64,000 nucleotides of DNA from Hyphomicrobiales bacterium (GTDB lineage: Bacteria; Pseudomonadota; Alphaproteobacteria; Rhizobiales; Xanthobacteraceae). The DNA is taken from assembly GCA_021732625.1 (NCBI GenBank), contig JAKFUP010000025.1:335-64334 (forward strand), in the 5' to 3' direction. The notes under the pieces were generated by a model that saw only the letters and a program-made list of their open reading frames with translations, did no database searches and had not been told where the DNA came from. Numbering within the stretch: position 1 is the stretch's first letter; every line of letters begins with the position of its first letter. This document shows, one piece after another, positions 1-9,896 of this stretch. A program made the translations under genes and the position numbers.

Positions 1-2
1 CG

Positions 3-1601
3 CTCGGACCCGTGGCGACGCTGCTTGGTCTCGCATTCAAGGCTTACGATCCGGATCGTCTGATCGGCAATAAAGAAGACCTCGGCATCACCGTGGCGCT
101 GATCCCGACTGACATGCCGGGCGTCGAGATCGGCCGCCGTCATCTGCCGGCGATGCAGGTGTTCCAGAACGGTCCGAACAAAGGCCACGATGTATTTATC
201 CCGATGGACTACATCATCGGCGGTCAGGAGCGGATCGGTCAGGGCTGGAAGATGCTGATGACCGCGTTGGCGGCAGGGCGCGGCATCTCGCTGCCCTCGC
301 TCTCTGCGGCGGGTGCAGCCTTTGCGGCCCGTACCACGGGTGCGTATGCGCGCATTCGCCAGCAGTTCAACGTACCGATCGCGAAGTTCGAAGGCATCGA
401 GGAGCCGCTGGCCCGCATCGTCGGCACCGCTTACATGATCGACGCCGCGCGCCGTTTGACCTGCTCGGCGCTCAATCAGGGCCATCATCCGGCAGTGATC
501 TCCGGCATCATGAAGCTGCACGCCACCGAGCGCATGCGCACGGCGGTCGATGATGCCATGGATATTCATGCCGGCAAGGCCGTGATCGACGGGCCGCAGA
601 ATTATCTCGGCAATCTTTATCGCGCGATCCCGGTCGCGATCACGGTGGAAGGCGCGAACATCCTGACGCGCAACCTGATCGTGTTCGGGCAGGGCGCGAT
701 CCGCGCGCATCCTTATATGCTCGAAGAGCTGAACGCGATCGGCGATCAGGACAAGGCGCGCGGGCTCGAGGCCTTCGACAAGGTCTTCTGGAAGCATGCC
801 GGTCACGCGATCAAGAATATCTTCGTGGCTTGGGGCCGAAGCTGGTCTCGCGGCGCGTTTGCGCCCGCGCCTGATGCCGGCGTTGCCACCCGCTACTTTC
901 GCAAGCTGTCGCGCTATTCGGTGGCCTTTGCGTTGTGCTCCGACATGGCGCTGCTGACGCTCGGTGGCGCGCTGAAGCGCAAGGAAATGCTCTCGGCGCG
1001 GTTCGGCGACATTCTCTCCGAACTGTATTTGCTCTCCGCCGTGCTCAAGCGCTGGCAGGACGAGGGGCGGCAGGAGGCCGACTTCGCGGCGGTGCAATGG
1101 TGCATGTCGAACGGCGCACGCATCATCGACCAGCGCTTCTGTGAAATCTTCGCCAATCTGCCGAACCGGTTTGTCGCGACGATGCTGAAATTCATCGTGC
1201 AGCCATTCGGTGCGCGCGTCCTCGGCCCGTCCGACGATATCGTGCATCGCTGCGCGCAGATTGTGTTGGAGCCGTCGGCGGCACGCGATCGCCTGACATC
1301 GGGTCTTGCCCACGTCGACGACGATTTCGGCGTTGCCCGGCTTGAACGCGCGTTCGTGCTGGTGACGGGCGTCGAGGATGTCGAGCGCAAGATGAAGGCA
1401 GCGCGGGTGCGCAACTGGCGCGAGGCTGTGAAGACTGGAGTCATTACGGCGGCGGAGGGCGAGCGTATGCAGGCTGCGGATGAGGCGGTGGCCAAGGTGA
1501 TAATGGTCGACGACTTCGCGCCTGAGGCGCTGTCGTCGATCTACCGCAAGCGAGAGCAACGATTCCCGCAGGAGGTCAGCCCGACCCGAGCCGCAAGCTG
1601 A
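3..1601 (+). CDS. fadE: Acyl-CoA dehydrogenase, large FadE type (5' end outside window)
   Basis: The frame is open to the window edge. Motifs such as ITVEGANILTRNLIVFGQGAIRAHPYMLEE resemble E. coli FadE-type ACADs with a long C-terminal tail. The stop overlaps the next start (TGATG at 1599-1603). Confidence 0.85.
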   Translation, partial: LGPVATLLGLAFKAYDPDRLIGNKEDLGITVALIPTDMPGVEIGRRHLPAMQVFQNGPNKGHDVFIPMDYIIGGQERIGQGWKMLMTALAAGRGISLPSLSAAGAAFAARTTGAYARIRQQFNVPIAKFEGIEEPLARIVGTAYMIDAARRLTCSALNQGHHPAVISGIMKLHATERMRTAVDDAMDIHAGKAVIDGPQNYLGNLYRAIPVAITVEGANILTRNLIVFGQGAIRAHPYMLEELNAIGDQDKARGLEAFDKVFWKHAGHAIKNIFVAWGRSWSRGAFAPAPDAGVATRYFRKLSRYSVAFALCSDMALLTLGGALKRKEMLSARFGDILSELYLLSAVLKRWQDEGRQEADFAAVQWCMSNGARIIDQRFCEIFANLPNRFVATMLKFIVQPFGARVLGPSDDIVHRCAQIVLEPSAARDRLTSGLAHVDDDFGVARLERAFVLVTGVEDVERKMKAARVRNWREAVKTGVITAAEGERMQAADEAVAKVIMVDDFAPEALSSIYRKREQRFPQEVSPTRAAS

Positions 1602-2884
1602 TGGCGCGACCTGTTTACATAATCGACGGCAGCCGGACTCCGTTTCTCAAAGCGCGCAACGGACCCGGTCCGTTCACGCCGGTCGATCTCGCCGTTCAAT
1701 GCGGGCGGCCGCTGCTGGCGCGGCAGCCATTTCCGGCCAACGCGTTCGATCAGGTCATCCTTGGCTGCGTCAACGTTATCGCCGACGAGATGAACCCCGC
1801 CCGTGTTGCCGCGCTTCGCTTGGGCATGGGCGAGGCGATGGTGGCGTTCACGGTGCAGATCAACTGCGGCTCCGGCATGCAGTCGATCGACACGGCGTAT
1901 CGCACTATCCGCGAGGGCCATGCTGACATGATCCTGGCCGGCGGCACCGAGGCGTTAAGTTATGCGCCGCTGGTCTGGCCGCAGCAGGGTGTGCGCTGGT
2001 TCGCCGGACTTGCAACGGCAAAAGGCATCGGCGGCAAGATCGCTGCGGCGTTGCGGATTCGCCCCTCGTATCTGAAGCCGATCATCGGGCTCGAACGGGG
2101 ACTGACCGATCCGATCACCGATCTCAACATGGGCCAGACCGCCGAAGTCGTGGCGCACCTGTTCGGCGTGACGCGGCGACAGGCGGACGCATATGCCACC
2201 GAAAGCCACAAGCGCCTCGCCAAGGCGCAGCAGGAAGGCTGGCTCAAGGGCGAAGTCGAGACCGCGTTTGGCCGCGACGGAAAAGTCTACGATAACGACG
2301 ATGGCGTGCGCCCGGATTCGAGCGTCGAGCAGCTTGCCAGGCTAAAACCGGTGTTCGAACGGCCGTGGGGCAAGGTCACGGCGGGCAACTCGTCGCAGAT
2401 CACCGACGGTGCGTCCTGGACCATCGTGGCGTCCGAGGAGGCGGTGCAGAAATACGGCCTGACGCCGAAGGCCGAGATCATCGACAGCCAATGGTCAGCA
2501 CTCGATCCCTCGATCATGGGTCTGGGTCCGGTGCTGTGCTCGACGGAATTGCTCAAGCGCAATCACATGACGCTGCAAGACGTGCAGACCTGGGAGCTGA
2601 ATGAAGCGTTCGCGCCGCAGGTGCTGGGCTGTCTCGCCGCATGGAACGACGACAAGTTCTGCCGTGAAGTGCTGGGGCTCGACGGTGCCGCCGGTGTGAT
2701 CGAGCACGAGCGGCTCAATGTGGATGGCGGCGCGATCAGCCTCGGTCATCCGGTCGGCACCAGCGGCAACCGCATCGTGCTGCATCTCGTCAACGCCATG
2801 AAACGGCTTGGCACGCGGCGCGGCATCGCCACCGAATGCATCGGTGGCGGGCTTGGCGGCGCAATGCTGATCGAGACGGTATGA
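1601..2884 (+). CDS. Acetyl-CoA C-acyltransferase (thiolase)
   Basis: 427 aa ORF with thiolase-like motifs (VNVIADEMNPARV, NCGSGMQSI, NVDGGAISLGHPVGTSGNRI, CIGGGLGGAM). It sits between the fadE-like and fadB-like genes. Confidence 0.9.
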   Translation: MARPVYIIDGSRTPFLKARNGPGPFTPVDLAVQCGRPLLARQPFPANAFDQVILGCVNVIADEMNPARVAALRLGMGEAMVAFTVQINCGSGMQSIDTAYRTIREGHADMILAGGTEALSYAPLVWPQQGVRWFAGLATAKGIGGKIAAALRIRPSYLKPIIGLERGLTDPITDLNMGQTAEVVAHLFGVTRRQADAYATESHKRLAKAQQEGWLKGEVETAFGRDGKVYDNDDGVRPDSSVEQLARLKPVFERPWGKVTAGNSSQITDGASWTIVASEEAVQKYGLTPKAEIIDSQWSALDPSIMGLGPVLCSTELLKRNHMTLQDVQTWELNEAFAPQVLGCLAAWNDDKFCREVLGLDGAAGVIEHERLNVDGGAISLGHPVGTSGNRIVLHLVNAMKRLGTRRGIATECIGGGLGGAMLIETV

Positions 2885-4998
2885 GAATGGCCATGAACCC
2901 GAAGCCCATCAAGGTCATGGACGTCCTGCGCGATCGCGAGCTGCAGCTCGGGCCGCGTTTCGACGACGCCAATCCGTACAAGAATTTCAAGCTGACCCGC
3001 GACAGCGATGGCATCGCCTGGCTGCTGTTCGATCGTGCGGACGCCAGCGCCAATACGCTGTCCGCCGATGTACTCGAAGAATTTGACGGCATTCTCGCGC
3101 AGCTCGAAATCCAGCGCCCGGCCGGGCTGGTCGTCCGCTCGGCGAAGCCCTCCGGTTTCATTGCGGGCGCGGACATCAACATGTTCAAGGGCGCTGCCGA
3201 TCCTCGCGCCATCGAGACGATGATCGCGCGCGGGCATGGCGTGATCGATCGTCTTGAGGCCCTGAGGATACCGACAGTCGCCGTGATTCACGGCTTTTGT
3301 CTGGGCGGCGGACTTGAAGTGGCGCTGGCCTGCAAGATGCGGATTGCGATCGACAACGCGCGCTTCGGTTTTCCGGAAGTGATGCTCGGACTGCATCCGG
3401 GTCTCGGCGGCACCGTGCGGTTCACCGAACTGGTGAGCCCGCTCGAAGCTATGCCGATGATGTTGACGGGGCGGACCATCGACGCACGCAAAGCGCGCTC
3501 GCTCGGTCTGGTCGATACGGTGACGCAGGAGCGTCATGTCGAGGCGGCGGTGCGCGATGCGATCTTCGGAAAGCTAAAGCGCGCCAAGCGTTCGCCGCGG
3601 GTTGCGATCCTGAACGCCGGTCCGGTGCGGGGACTTCTTGCGTCACGGATGCGCACGGAGGCGGCCAAAGCCGCCGCCAAGGAGAATTACCCGGCACCGT
3701 ATGCGCTGATCGATCTATGGGAGAAACATCGCGGCGACCGCGCGGCGATGCTCAAGGCCGAGATTGCATCGTTCGCGACGCTGATGGTGACGCCCACGGC
3801 GCAAAACCTGATCCGGGTGTTCTTCCTGCGCGAGCAGATGAAGGCGCTGGCCGGCAAGGACAATAAAGTCGAGCGCGTGCATGTGATCGGTGCGGGCGCG
3901 ATGGGCGGCGATATCGCGGCGTGGTGCGCAAGGCAGGGCTTGCATGTGACGCTGGCGGATATGAAAGCCGAGCCCATTGGAGGCGCGATCAAGCGGGCGG
4001 CCGAGCTGTTCGGCAAGATCCTGCGCAAGAAGATCGATGTGCGCGATGCGCTGGATCGTCTGATGCCGGATCTCACGGGTGAGGGCGTGCGCAATGCCGA
4101 TCTCATCATCGAGGCGGTGCCGGAAAAGCTCGATCTGAAGCAGAAGGTCTATGCGGGGCTCGAACCACGCATGAAACCGGGCGCGATCCTTGCCACCAAC
4201 ACCTCGAGCATTCCGCTGCAGGAGTTGCGCACCACGCTGGCGTCGCCGCAACGGCTGGTCGGTCTGCATTTCTTCAACCCGGTGTCGCGGCTGCAACTGG
4301 TGGAAGTCGTCAGCCACGACGGCGTCGATCCGCAGATTCTCGCCGCTGCGCAGGCGTTCGTCGGGGCGATCGACCGCCTGCCGCTGCCGGTGAAGAGTTC
4401 GCCGGGCTTTCTGGTCAACCGTGCGCTGACGCCCTACATGCTGGAGGCGATGGTCATGCTCGACGAGAAGGTCGACAAAACCGTGATCGACGCAGCGGCG
4501 GAAAAGTTCGGCCTGCCGATGGGGCCGATTGAGTTGGCCGATCAGGTCGGCCTCGATATCTGTCTCGCTGTCGGCGATATGCTGCGCAGCAAGCTCGATC
4601 CGTCGCTGCCGCCGGCACCCGAATGGCTGAAGCAGAAAGTCGCCAAAGGCGAACTCGGCCGCAAGACCGGCAAAGGTTTCTACGTGTGGAAGGATGGCAA
4701 GGCCGAGAAGATGCCGAAGCCCGGCGGCGTGACGCCGCCACAGGCCGAGATGATCGATCGCCTCGTGCTGCCGATGTCGAACGTCTGCGTCGCGTGCCTG
4801 CGCGAAGGCATTGTCGATAACGCGGACGTTGTAGACGGCGCGATGATCTTCGGTACTGGGTATGCGCCGTTCCGGGGCGGACCGCTGAACTACGCGCGCA
4901 CTCGCGGCGTCAACAATGTGGTGACGACATTACGCTCGCTCGCTACGAAGTTCGGGCCACGTTTCAATCCGGACGCGGGATGGTCCAACTTCTCCTGA
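2881..4998 (+). CDS. Bifunctional enoyl-CoA hydratase / 3-hydroxyacyl-CoA dehydrogenase (FadB/FadJ-like)
   Basis: N-terminal crotonase-like region (GFIAGADINMF, GFCLGGGLEVALAC) and C-terminal NAD-binding 3HCDH region (VIGAGAMGGDIA). I chose the ATG at 2881 because it overlaps the thiolase stop as ATGA. The track ORF starts 45 nt earlier, inside the thiolase. Confidence 0.88.
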   Translation: MRMAMNPKPIKVMDVLRDRELQLGPRFDDANPYKNFKLTRDSDGIAWLLFDRADASANTLSADVLEEFDGILAQLEIQRPAGLVVRSAKPSGFIAGADINMFKGAADPRAIETMIARGHGVIDRLEALRIPTVAVIHGFCLGGGLEVALACKMRIAIDNARFGFPEVMLGLHPGLGGTVRFTELVSPLEAMPMMLTGRTIDARKARSLGLVDTVTQERHVEAAVRDAIFGKLKRAKRSPRVAILNAGPVRGLLASRMRTEAAKAAAKENYPAPYALIDLWEKHRGDRAAMLKAEIASFATLMVTPTAQNLIRVFFLREQMKALAGKDNKVERVHVIGAGAMGGDIAAWCARQGLHVTLADMKAEPIGGAIKRAAELFGKILRKKIDVRDALDRLMPDLTGEGVRNADLIIEAVPEKLDLKQKVYAGLEPRMKPGAILATNTSSIPLQELRTTLASPQRLVGLHFFNPVSRLQLVEVVSHDGVDPQILAAAQAFVGAIDRLPLPVKSSPGFLVNRALTPYMLEAMVMLDEKVDKTVIDAAAEKFGLPMGPIELADQVGLDICLAVGDMLRSKLDPSLPPAPEWLKQKVAKGELGRKTGKGFYVWKDGKAEKMPKPGGVTPPQAEMIDRLVLPMSNVCVACLREGIVDNADVVDGAMIFGTGYAPFRGGPLNYARTRGVNNVVTTLRSLATKFGPRFNPDAGWSNFS

Positions 4999-5071
4999 CC
5001 GATGCTTGCGCCGGACTGCCCGCTGTCATAGTCGTTCAAGGTAGTTCCGTTGGGCACGAAAGGGCGCAGCT

Positions 5072-5500
5072 ATGGGTGACAGGCAACCGCATCAGCATGC
5101 CTCCGATGGTGCGCCGTCAGCGCCACGCGGCAATCTCTCGCTCTGCACGATGGCGATGCCCGCCGACACCAACCAGAATGGCGATATTTTCGGCGGCTGG
5201 CTGCTAAGTCAGATGGATATCGCTGGCGGCATCCATGCCTCGAAATCGGCCAAGGCGCGGACTGTGACGGTGGCGATCAATGCCATGACTTTCCGCAAGC
5301 CGGTCTATGTCGGCGATGTTGTCAGCGTCTACACCGACACGATCAAGACAGGGCGGACCTCGATCACGGTCTCGGTCGAGGCCTGGGTGCAGCGGCGGCA
5401 GGAGTCCGATCTGCTGCTCGTCACCGATGGGCAGTTCGTCTACGTCGCGATCGACGATGACGGGCAGCCACACACGATCTCTTCGCAACCGCAAAATTGA
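5072..5500 (+). CDS. Acyl-CoA thioesterase, hotdog fold (YciA-like)
   Basis: The motif AMPADTNQNGDIFGGWLLSQMD followed by a hotdog-like core resembles YciA-type thioesterases. It lies downstream of the beta-oxidation genes. Confidence 0.8.
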   Translation: MGDRQPHQHASDGAPSAPRGNLSLCTMAMPADTNQNGDIFGGWLLSQMDIAGGIHASKSAKARTVTVAINAMTFRKPVYVGDVVSVYTDTIKTGRTSITVSVEAWVQRRQESDLLLVTDGQFVYVAIDDDGQPHTISSQPQN

Positions 5501-5794
5501 ATCGAATTGCCGCGTTAGCCCGGCGGCACGGTCCTTGCTTTTCACAAACTGGCTCTTGAGCCTGTTTTTGGCGTAAGGCCGTCGCGCGCGATTCATATCG
5601 CTGTCTTGCAGCGCAATTATAGGCTCTGCGTGAAGGCGATATATGCGTCAGCGTGATTCCAGAGTCGCAGGTTGCGGTGCGGTAGAATGCGTCTGGGCGA
5701 TTTCCAGACAGATCGTGCCCAACGATGAGTCAGTTTGAACTTTTTCGTGCGTTCCGGGTTTTAGCATCGCTGAACTGATCAGGCTGAGGGACGA

Positions 5795-6037
5795 ATGTCG
5801 GACACTTACATTATCGAAGTGAACTCTGAGCCTGCGGGTATCGTGGTGCGTAGCCCTCAGGGGTTTCAGTTCTTCGCAGCCAGCCACGCCTTCAACGCGC
5901 TTGAGGGCCAGTTTTTCAAGAATGCCCGAGACGCCGAGCGCGCAGCCTACCGTGCACTGCATGATCGCACGTCTTCGACGCGCCAGGATTCGGTCAAACC
6001 TCAGCAAGTGGTCAAGACCGACGTGGTTTTCGCTTAG
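5795..6037 (+). CDS. Small hypothetical protein (80 aa)
   Basis: ORF preceded by GAGGGA 4 nt upstream of the ATG and followed by a strong hairpin terminator. I do not recognise a family. Confidence 0.5.
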   Translation: MSDTYIIEVNSEPAGIVVRSPQGFQFFAASHAFNALEGQFFKNARDAERAAYRALHDRTSSTRQDSVKPQQVVKTDVVFA

Positions 6038-6051
6038 AAGCCATGGAGGCT

Positions 6052-6095
6052 CTGCCTCTCCCCAAAAAAACGGGAGAGGCAGGAAGTATTTTTAG
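6052..6095 (+). terminator. Rho-independent terminator-like hairpin
   Basis: CTGCCTCTCCC (6052-6062) pairs perfectly with GGGAGAGGCAG (6072-6082). It is followed by GAAGTATTTTTA and lies between convergent genes. Confidence 0.7.
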
Positions 6096-6112
6096 ACGTT
6101 GATCATACCCGA

Positions 6113-7192
6113 TCAGGCCAGAACGGGATAATCCGTATAGCCCTTGGCGCCGCCGCCGTAGAATGTGTTGCGGTCGGCCTCGTTGAGCGGCGCGCCTGTC
6201 TTCAGGCGCTCCACCAGATCCGGGTTCGAGATGAACGGCTTTCCGAACGCGATCAGGTCAGCCTTGTTCTCGTCGATAACCTTCTTCGCCAGCGCATAGT
6301 CGTAGCCGTTGTTGGCGATGTAGGCGCCCTTGAAGCGGTTGCGCAGGCTCGTGTAGTCGAACGGTGCGATGTCGCGCGGGCCGCCGGTCGCGCCCTCGAT
6401 CACGTGAATGTAAACCAGCTTCAGCGCACTGAGCTGGTCGGTGATGTAGTCGAACAACGGTTGCGGGTTGCTGTCCGATATATCGTTGGCTGGCGTCACG
6501 GGCGACAGGCGAATGCCGGTGCGATCGGGTCCGGCTTCGCCAGCAACGGCCTTGGTGACTTCGAGCATCAGTTTCGCGCGGTTCTGGATCGAGCCGCCGT
6601 AAGCGTCGGTGCGCTTGTTGGCGCCGTCCTTGGCGAACTGGTCGAGCAGATAGCCGTTGGCGCCATGAACCTCGACACCGTCGAATCCGGCCGCGATAGC
6701 GTTGGCAGCGCCGGTCTTGAAGGCGTCGATGATTCCCGGAATTTCCGAAAGCTCGAGCGCGCGCGGCGCTGAGACATCGACGAACTTGCCGCCGACGAAG
6801 GTCTTGCCCTTGGCCTGAAGGGCGCTTGGCCCAACCGGGGCCTGTCCGCCAGACTGAAGATCGGTGTGAGAAATACGTCCGACATGCCAGAGCTGCAGAA
6901 AGATCTTCCCGCCGCGCTCATGGACGCGATCGGTCACCTTGCGCCAGCCTGTGACCTGATCCTTCGAATAGATGCCAGGCGTGTCCTGATAGCCCTGACC
7001 TTGCTGCGAAACCTGACTGGCTTCGGTGATCAGAAGCCCCGCGGACGCGCGCTGGCCGTAATATTCGATGGCAAGGGGATTCGGGACCATTCCGTCCAGA
7101 GCGCGATTGCGCGTCAGCGGCGCCATCACGGCGCGGTTGGAAAGTTTGGTGGGCCCCAGCTGATAGGTGTCGAACAGTTTGGCGTCGCTCAT
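6113..7192 (-). CDS. NADH:flavin oxidoreductase / alkene reductase, Old Yellow Enzyme family (NemA-like)
   Basis: 359 aa. Motifs MAPLTRNRA, FLQLWHVGRISH, GFDGVEVHGANGYLLDQF and YGGS are typical of the OYE family. Confidence 0.88.
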   Translation of the reverse strand: MSDAKLFDTYQLGPTKLSNRAVMAPLTRNRALDGMVPNPLAIEYYGQRASAGLLITEASQVSQQGQGYQDTPGIYSKDQVTGWRKVTDRVHERGGKIFLQLWHVGRISHTDLQSGGQAPVGPSALQAKGKTFVGGKFVDVSAPRALELSEIPGIIDAFKTGAANAIAAGFDGVEVHGANGYLLDQFAKDGANKRTDAYGGSIQNRAKLMLEVTKAVAGEAGPDRTGIRLSPVTPANDISDSNPQPLFDYITDQLSALKLVYIHVIEGATGGPRDIAPFDYTSLRNRFKGAYIANNGYDYALAKKVIDENKADLIAFGKPFISNPDLVERLKTGAPLNEADRNTFYGGGAKGYTDYPVLA

Positions 7193-7301
7193 TTTTTGAT
7201 TTCCGTGAGGTGGATGAGGGAGGGATGTCTCTGACGTGTGCGGTCTCTCTTACGTGTGCATTGCGGTCTGCAATTTCAAATCGCGCTCATATAAAAGGCA
7301 C

Positions 7302-8171
7302 TCAGGTCTTGTTGACGCGATGGATGCCCGACAGATGTCCGCCATCGACGAACAGCGTATGTGCATTCACGTAGGATGATTCGTTCGACATCAAAAAAAC
7401 CGCAGCATAACCGACCTCCCATCCGGTGCCCTGACGGCCGAATGGCACCGTCACAGCGCGATCGGAGCGGCGGCGGCTGGCGTCGCGGCCCATCGGCGAG
7501 TCGATATACCCCGGCGCAATCACATTGCAGCGAATGCCTCTTTCTTCGCCAGCACGGGCGATGGCGCGGCCGAGTGCGATCTGTGCTGCCTTCGACGCCT
7601 CATAGGCCGGGTTGTAGCCGTTGGCGCGCTGGCTCGCGATCGACGAGGTGAGGATGATCGCGCCGCCCGGGTCCATGGTTTTCAGCGCGGCCTGCGCGAA
7701 CAGCATGTGACTGCGCACGTTGACGCCGAAATTCTTGTCCCATGACTCGACCGTCATGTCCGGCAGTTGCAGGCCATGCGAGATGCCGACGTTGAGAAAT
7801 AGTCCATCGAGGCCGCCGAGTTCTTTGGCGCAGCGCTCCAGACACGGCGCGATCGCATCGGGATCGCTCACGTCTGCAATATCGGTGAAGGCCTTGCCGC
7901 CCTCGGCGATGATCTGCTCGCAGGTGTTGTCGGCGGCGTCCTGCACGATATCGACGCATGCGATGGCCGCGCCTTCGCGCGCAAACAACAGAGACGCGGC
8001 ACGGCCATTGCCGATCGGCGGCTCTTCGTCAACGGTTTTGCGCTGACCTGCACCGACCACCATGATGCGGCGGCCTTGCAGGCGGCCGTATCGTTTGCCA
8101 TGACCGATCGACTCCGCATGCAGCGAAGCGGACGGGTCGAGCGTGATCGGCGCGCGCGTTGTGGTGGACAT
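7302..8171 (-). CDS. SDR-family oxidoreductase
   Basis: Rossmann motif VVGAG near the N-terminus, YEASKAA catalytic Y-x3-K motif, and IRCNVIAPGYIDSPM. Confidence 0.8.
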   Translation of the reverse strand: MSTTTRAPITLDPSASLHAESIGHGKRYGRLQGRRIMVVGAGQRKTVDEEPPIGNGRAASLLFAREGAAIACVDIVQDAADNTCEQIIAEGGKAFTDIADVSDPDAIAPCLERCAKELGGLDGLFLNVGISHGLQLPDMTVESWDKNFGVNVRSHMLFAQAALKTMDPGGAIILTSSIASQRANGYNPAYEASKAAQIALGRAIARAGEERGIRCNVIAPGYIDSPMGRDASRRRSDRAVTVPFGRQGTGWEVGYAAVFLMSNESSYVNAHTLFVDGGHLSGIHRVNKT

Positions 8172-8233
8172 GATGTTTCCCCGGCGCTCTTCTTGGATGA
8201 CGCTTCTAATTTTGGCTAGTTATTCAAGATCGT

Positions 8234-8353
8234 CGTCATTGCGAGCGAAAGCGAAGCAATCCAGAGCCGCAATTGCAAGACTGGATTGCTTCGTCGCGGA
8301 GCCTGTACTCGGACGGCGCGAAAGCGCCGATCCGGGGGCTCCTCGCAATGACG
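8234..8353. repeat. Palindromic REP/MITE-like element, family 1 (CGTCATTGCGAG ... CTCGCAATGACG)
   Basis: Outer inverted repeat 8234-8245 / 8342-8353 and inner inverted repeat GAAGCAATCCAG (8253-8264) / CTGGATTGCTTC (8281-8292). A second copy with the same outer and inner arms lies at 46619-46736. Confidence 0.85.
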
Positions 8354-8367
8354 GAGCAGTGACGAAC

Positions 8368-8871
8368 TCAGAACGTGCCGAGAAAGTCCCGCTTGCCGAC
8401 CTCGACGCCATTGTGGCGCAGAATGTCGTAGGCGGTGACGGTGTGGAAGTAGAAATTCGGCAGCGAGAAGTGATTGAGGAACTGCTGGCCGGTCAACGTG
8501 GTCGTGGCGCTGGGGCCGGACGGGAAGGTGACGTTGCGCGTCTCCGCGCCATCGAACTGCGCGGGCGTGAAGGCTTTTACGTAGTCGATGGTCTTGGCGA
8601 TGCGGGTCTTTAGTTCCGCAAAGCTGGTCTCCGTGTCAGGTATCGAGGGCACCTCCGATGCAGTGAGGCGGGCGCAGCCTTTGGCGGCGAAATCGCAGGC
8701 CAGCTGAATTTGCTTCGTCAACGGCAGCATGTCCGGATAAAGCCGCGAGGAGAGCAGCACATCGGGCTGGAATTTCTTGGCGGTCGCGTGGGCTTCGGCT
8801 TTGTCGAGCACCTTGGTGAGGCTGGTCAGAATCTGGACGAACGTAGGCACGGCAACGGCGTGGAGCGACAT
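8368..8871 (-). CDS. DUF1993-family protein
   Basis: The sequence MSLHAVAVPTFVQILTSL...FYFHTVTAYDILRHNGVEVGKRDFLG resembles DUF1993 proteins. I chose the start at 8871 because the longer track ORF adds an unlikely 32 aa. Confidence 0.7.
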   Translation of the reverse strand: MSLHAVAVPTFVQILTSLTKVLDKAEAHATAKKFQPDVLLSSRLYPDMLPLTKQIQLACDFAAKGCARLTASEVPSIPDTETSFAELKTRIAKTIDYVKAFTPAQFDGAETRNVTFPSGPSATTTLTGQQFLNHFSLPNFYFHTVTAYDILRHNGVEVGKRDFLGTF

Positions 8872-9050
8872 GGAGATATCCCTAATGTTATTGGTGTTCT
8901 TTGGATGATGCGGTTTGCAGTCTGAGGCTGGCGATGGATCAGCCGTTGACAGATCGTCACTGCGCAACCGGGATACAAGCCCGACCGGGTCGGTTAAAAC
9001 GTCTTAAGCAATCACTGTTGCCGGAAAGTGTCAGGGAAGCGCAGCTTGAG

Positions 9051-9887
9051 TCACAAGCCGGTGTTGAGGAAATCCGAAACGAGCTTGATCTGATCCGGCA
9101 CGTTCAATGCTGGCGCATGGCCACAGCCTTTAATGGTCACGATCTGGCAACGCGGATTGTCCCGCAGCATGCGCTCGCAATCTTCGGGTAACAGCAGATC
9201 GGACGTCTCCCCGCGCAGGCAGAGCATGTCGCACGTGAGTCTCGCCCAGTTGTCCCACTGCTCTTCGTTCGAATCGAAGTGAATCTTGATCTCCGGGTCG
9301 ATATGCGGTGACACGGTGCCATCCGGATTGCGGCGCGTGGACGTTTCGGTCAGCCGCAGATACTGCGCGTCCGTCATATAGCCGTAAGGTTTATAGATCT
9401 GACGGAAGTAAGCCTCGAGTTCGGAGACGCGCTTGAATTTCGGCGGCGGCGCCCCTGCATACGACTTGATGCGATCAAGCGCGGCCTGCGCTACGATCGG
9501 ACCCATATCGTTGAGAACGAAACGGCGGAAGCGGCCTTTGAGATTGTTGGCAGCCGCCTCAATGCCGATGATCGCGCCCATCGACGTTCCGAGCCAATCG
9601 ACCACGTTGAAGTTCAGCGACTCTAGCAACGCCTCGGCCTGTCGGGCGTAGAACTTGCGCGAATACTCTTTGGTCGGCTCCGGGCTCCATTCGCTCAATC
9701 CGCGCCCGATCGTATCCGGCACGATGATGTGGCGATTGTTCGCCATAGCAATCGCGATGTCGTCGAAGTCGCGCCCGGTGCGCGCCACGCCGTGCCACAT
9801 GATCAGCGGCGGCTTGCCGCGTGTGCCCCACTCGACGTAGTGCACTTCGCGGCCGCAAAGCTCGACGTAATGCGACGTGGGGATCAT
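9051..9887 (-). CDS. Alpha/beta-fold hydrolase
   Basis: 278 aa with an HG oxyanion motif (MWHGVARTGRDFD), a nucleophile-elbow-like GTSMGA, and C-terminal GCGHAP. Confidence 0.8.
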   Translation of the reverse strand: MIPTSHYVELCGREVHYVEWGTRGKPPLIMWHGVARTGRDFDDIAIAMANNRHIIVPDTIGRGLSEWSPEPTKEYSRKFYARQAEALLESLNFNVVDWLGTSMGAIIGIEAAANNLKGRFRRFVLNDMGPIVAQAALDRIKSYAGAPPPKFKRVSELEAYFRQIYKPYGYMTDAQYLRLTETSTRRNPDGTVSPHIDPEIKIHFDSNEEQWDNWARLTCDMLCLRGETSDLLLPEDCERMLRDNPRCQIVTIKGCGHAPALNVPDQIKLVSDFLNTGL

Positions 9888-9896
9888 GTGTTGCCT

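Noticed and set aside
2836-2880. Upstream extension of the fadB-like ORF. Comparable N-terminal extensions occur in the track ORFs 8872-8967, 31445-31708, 31497-31583, 32939-33247, 35408-35767, 36932-37234, 37036-37203, 44366-44434 and 55015-55077.
   Set aside because: The extensions overlap upstream genes or repeat elements and lack family similarity. Internal starts give canonical protein lengths, SD-like sequences or ATGA/GTGA coupling.
5648-6007. 119-aa minus-strand ORF overlapping the small plus-strand gene 5795-6037.
   Set aside because: It has no RBS or recognisable motifs. The plus-strand ORF has an SD and a terminator. Neither is strongly supported, and I kept only the plus-strand call at modest confidence.
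8994-9007. TTAAAACGTCTTAA as a CtrA-like box.
   Set aside because: The spacing is N6, not the N7 of the CtrA consensus, and no cell-cycle gene is adjacent.
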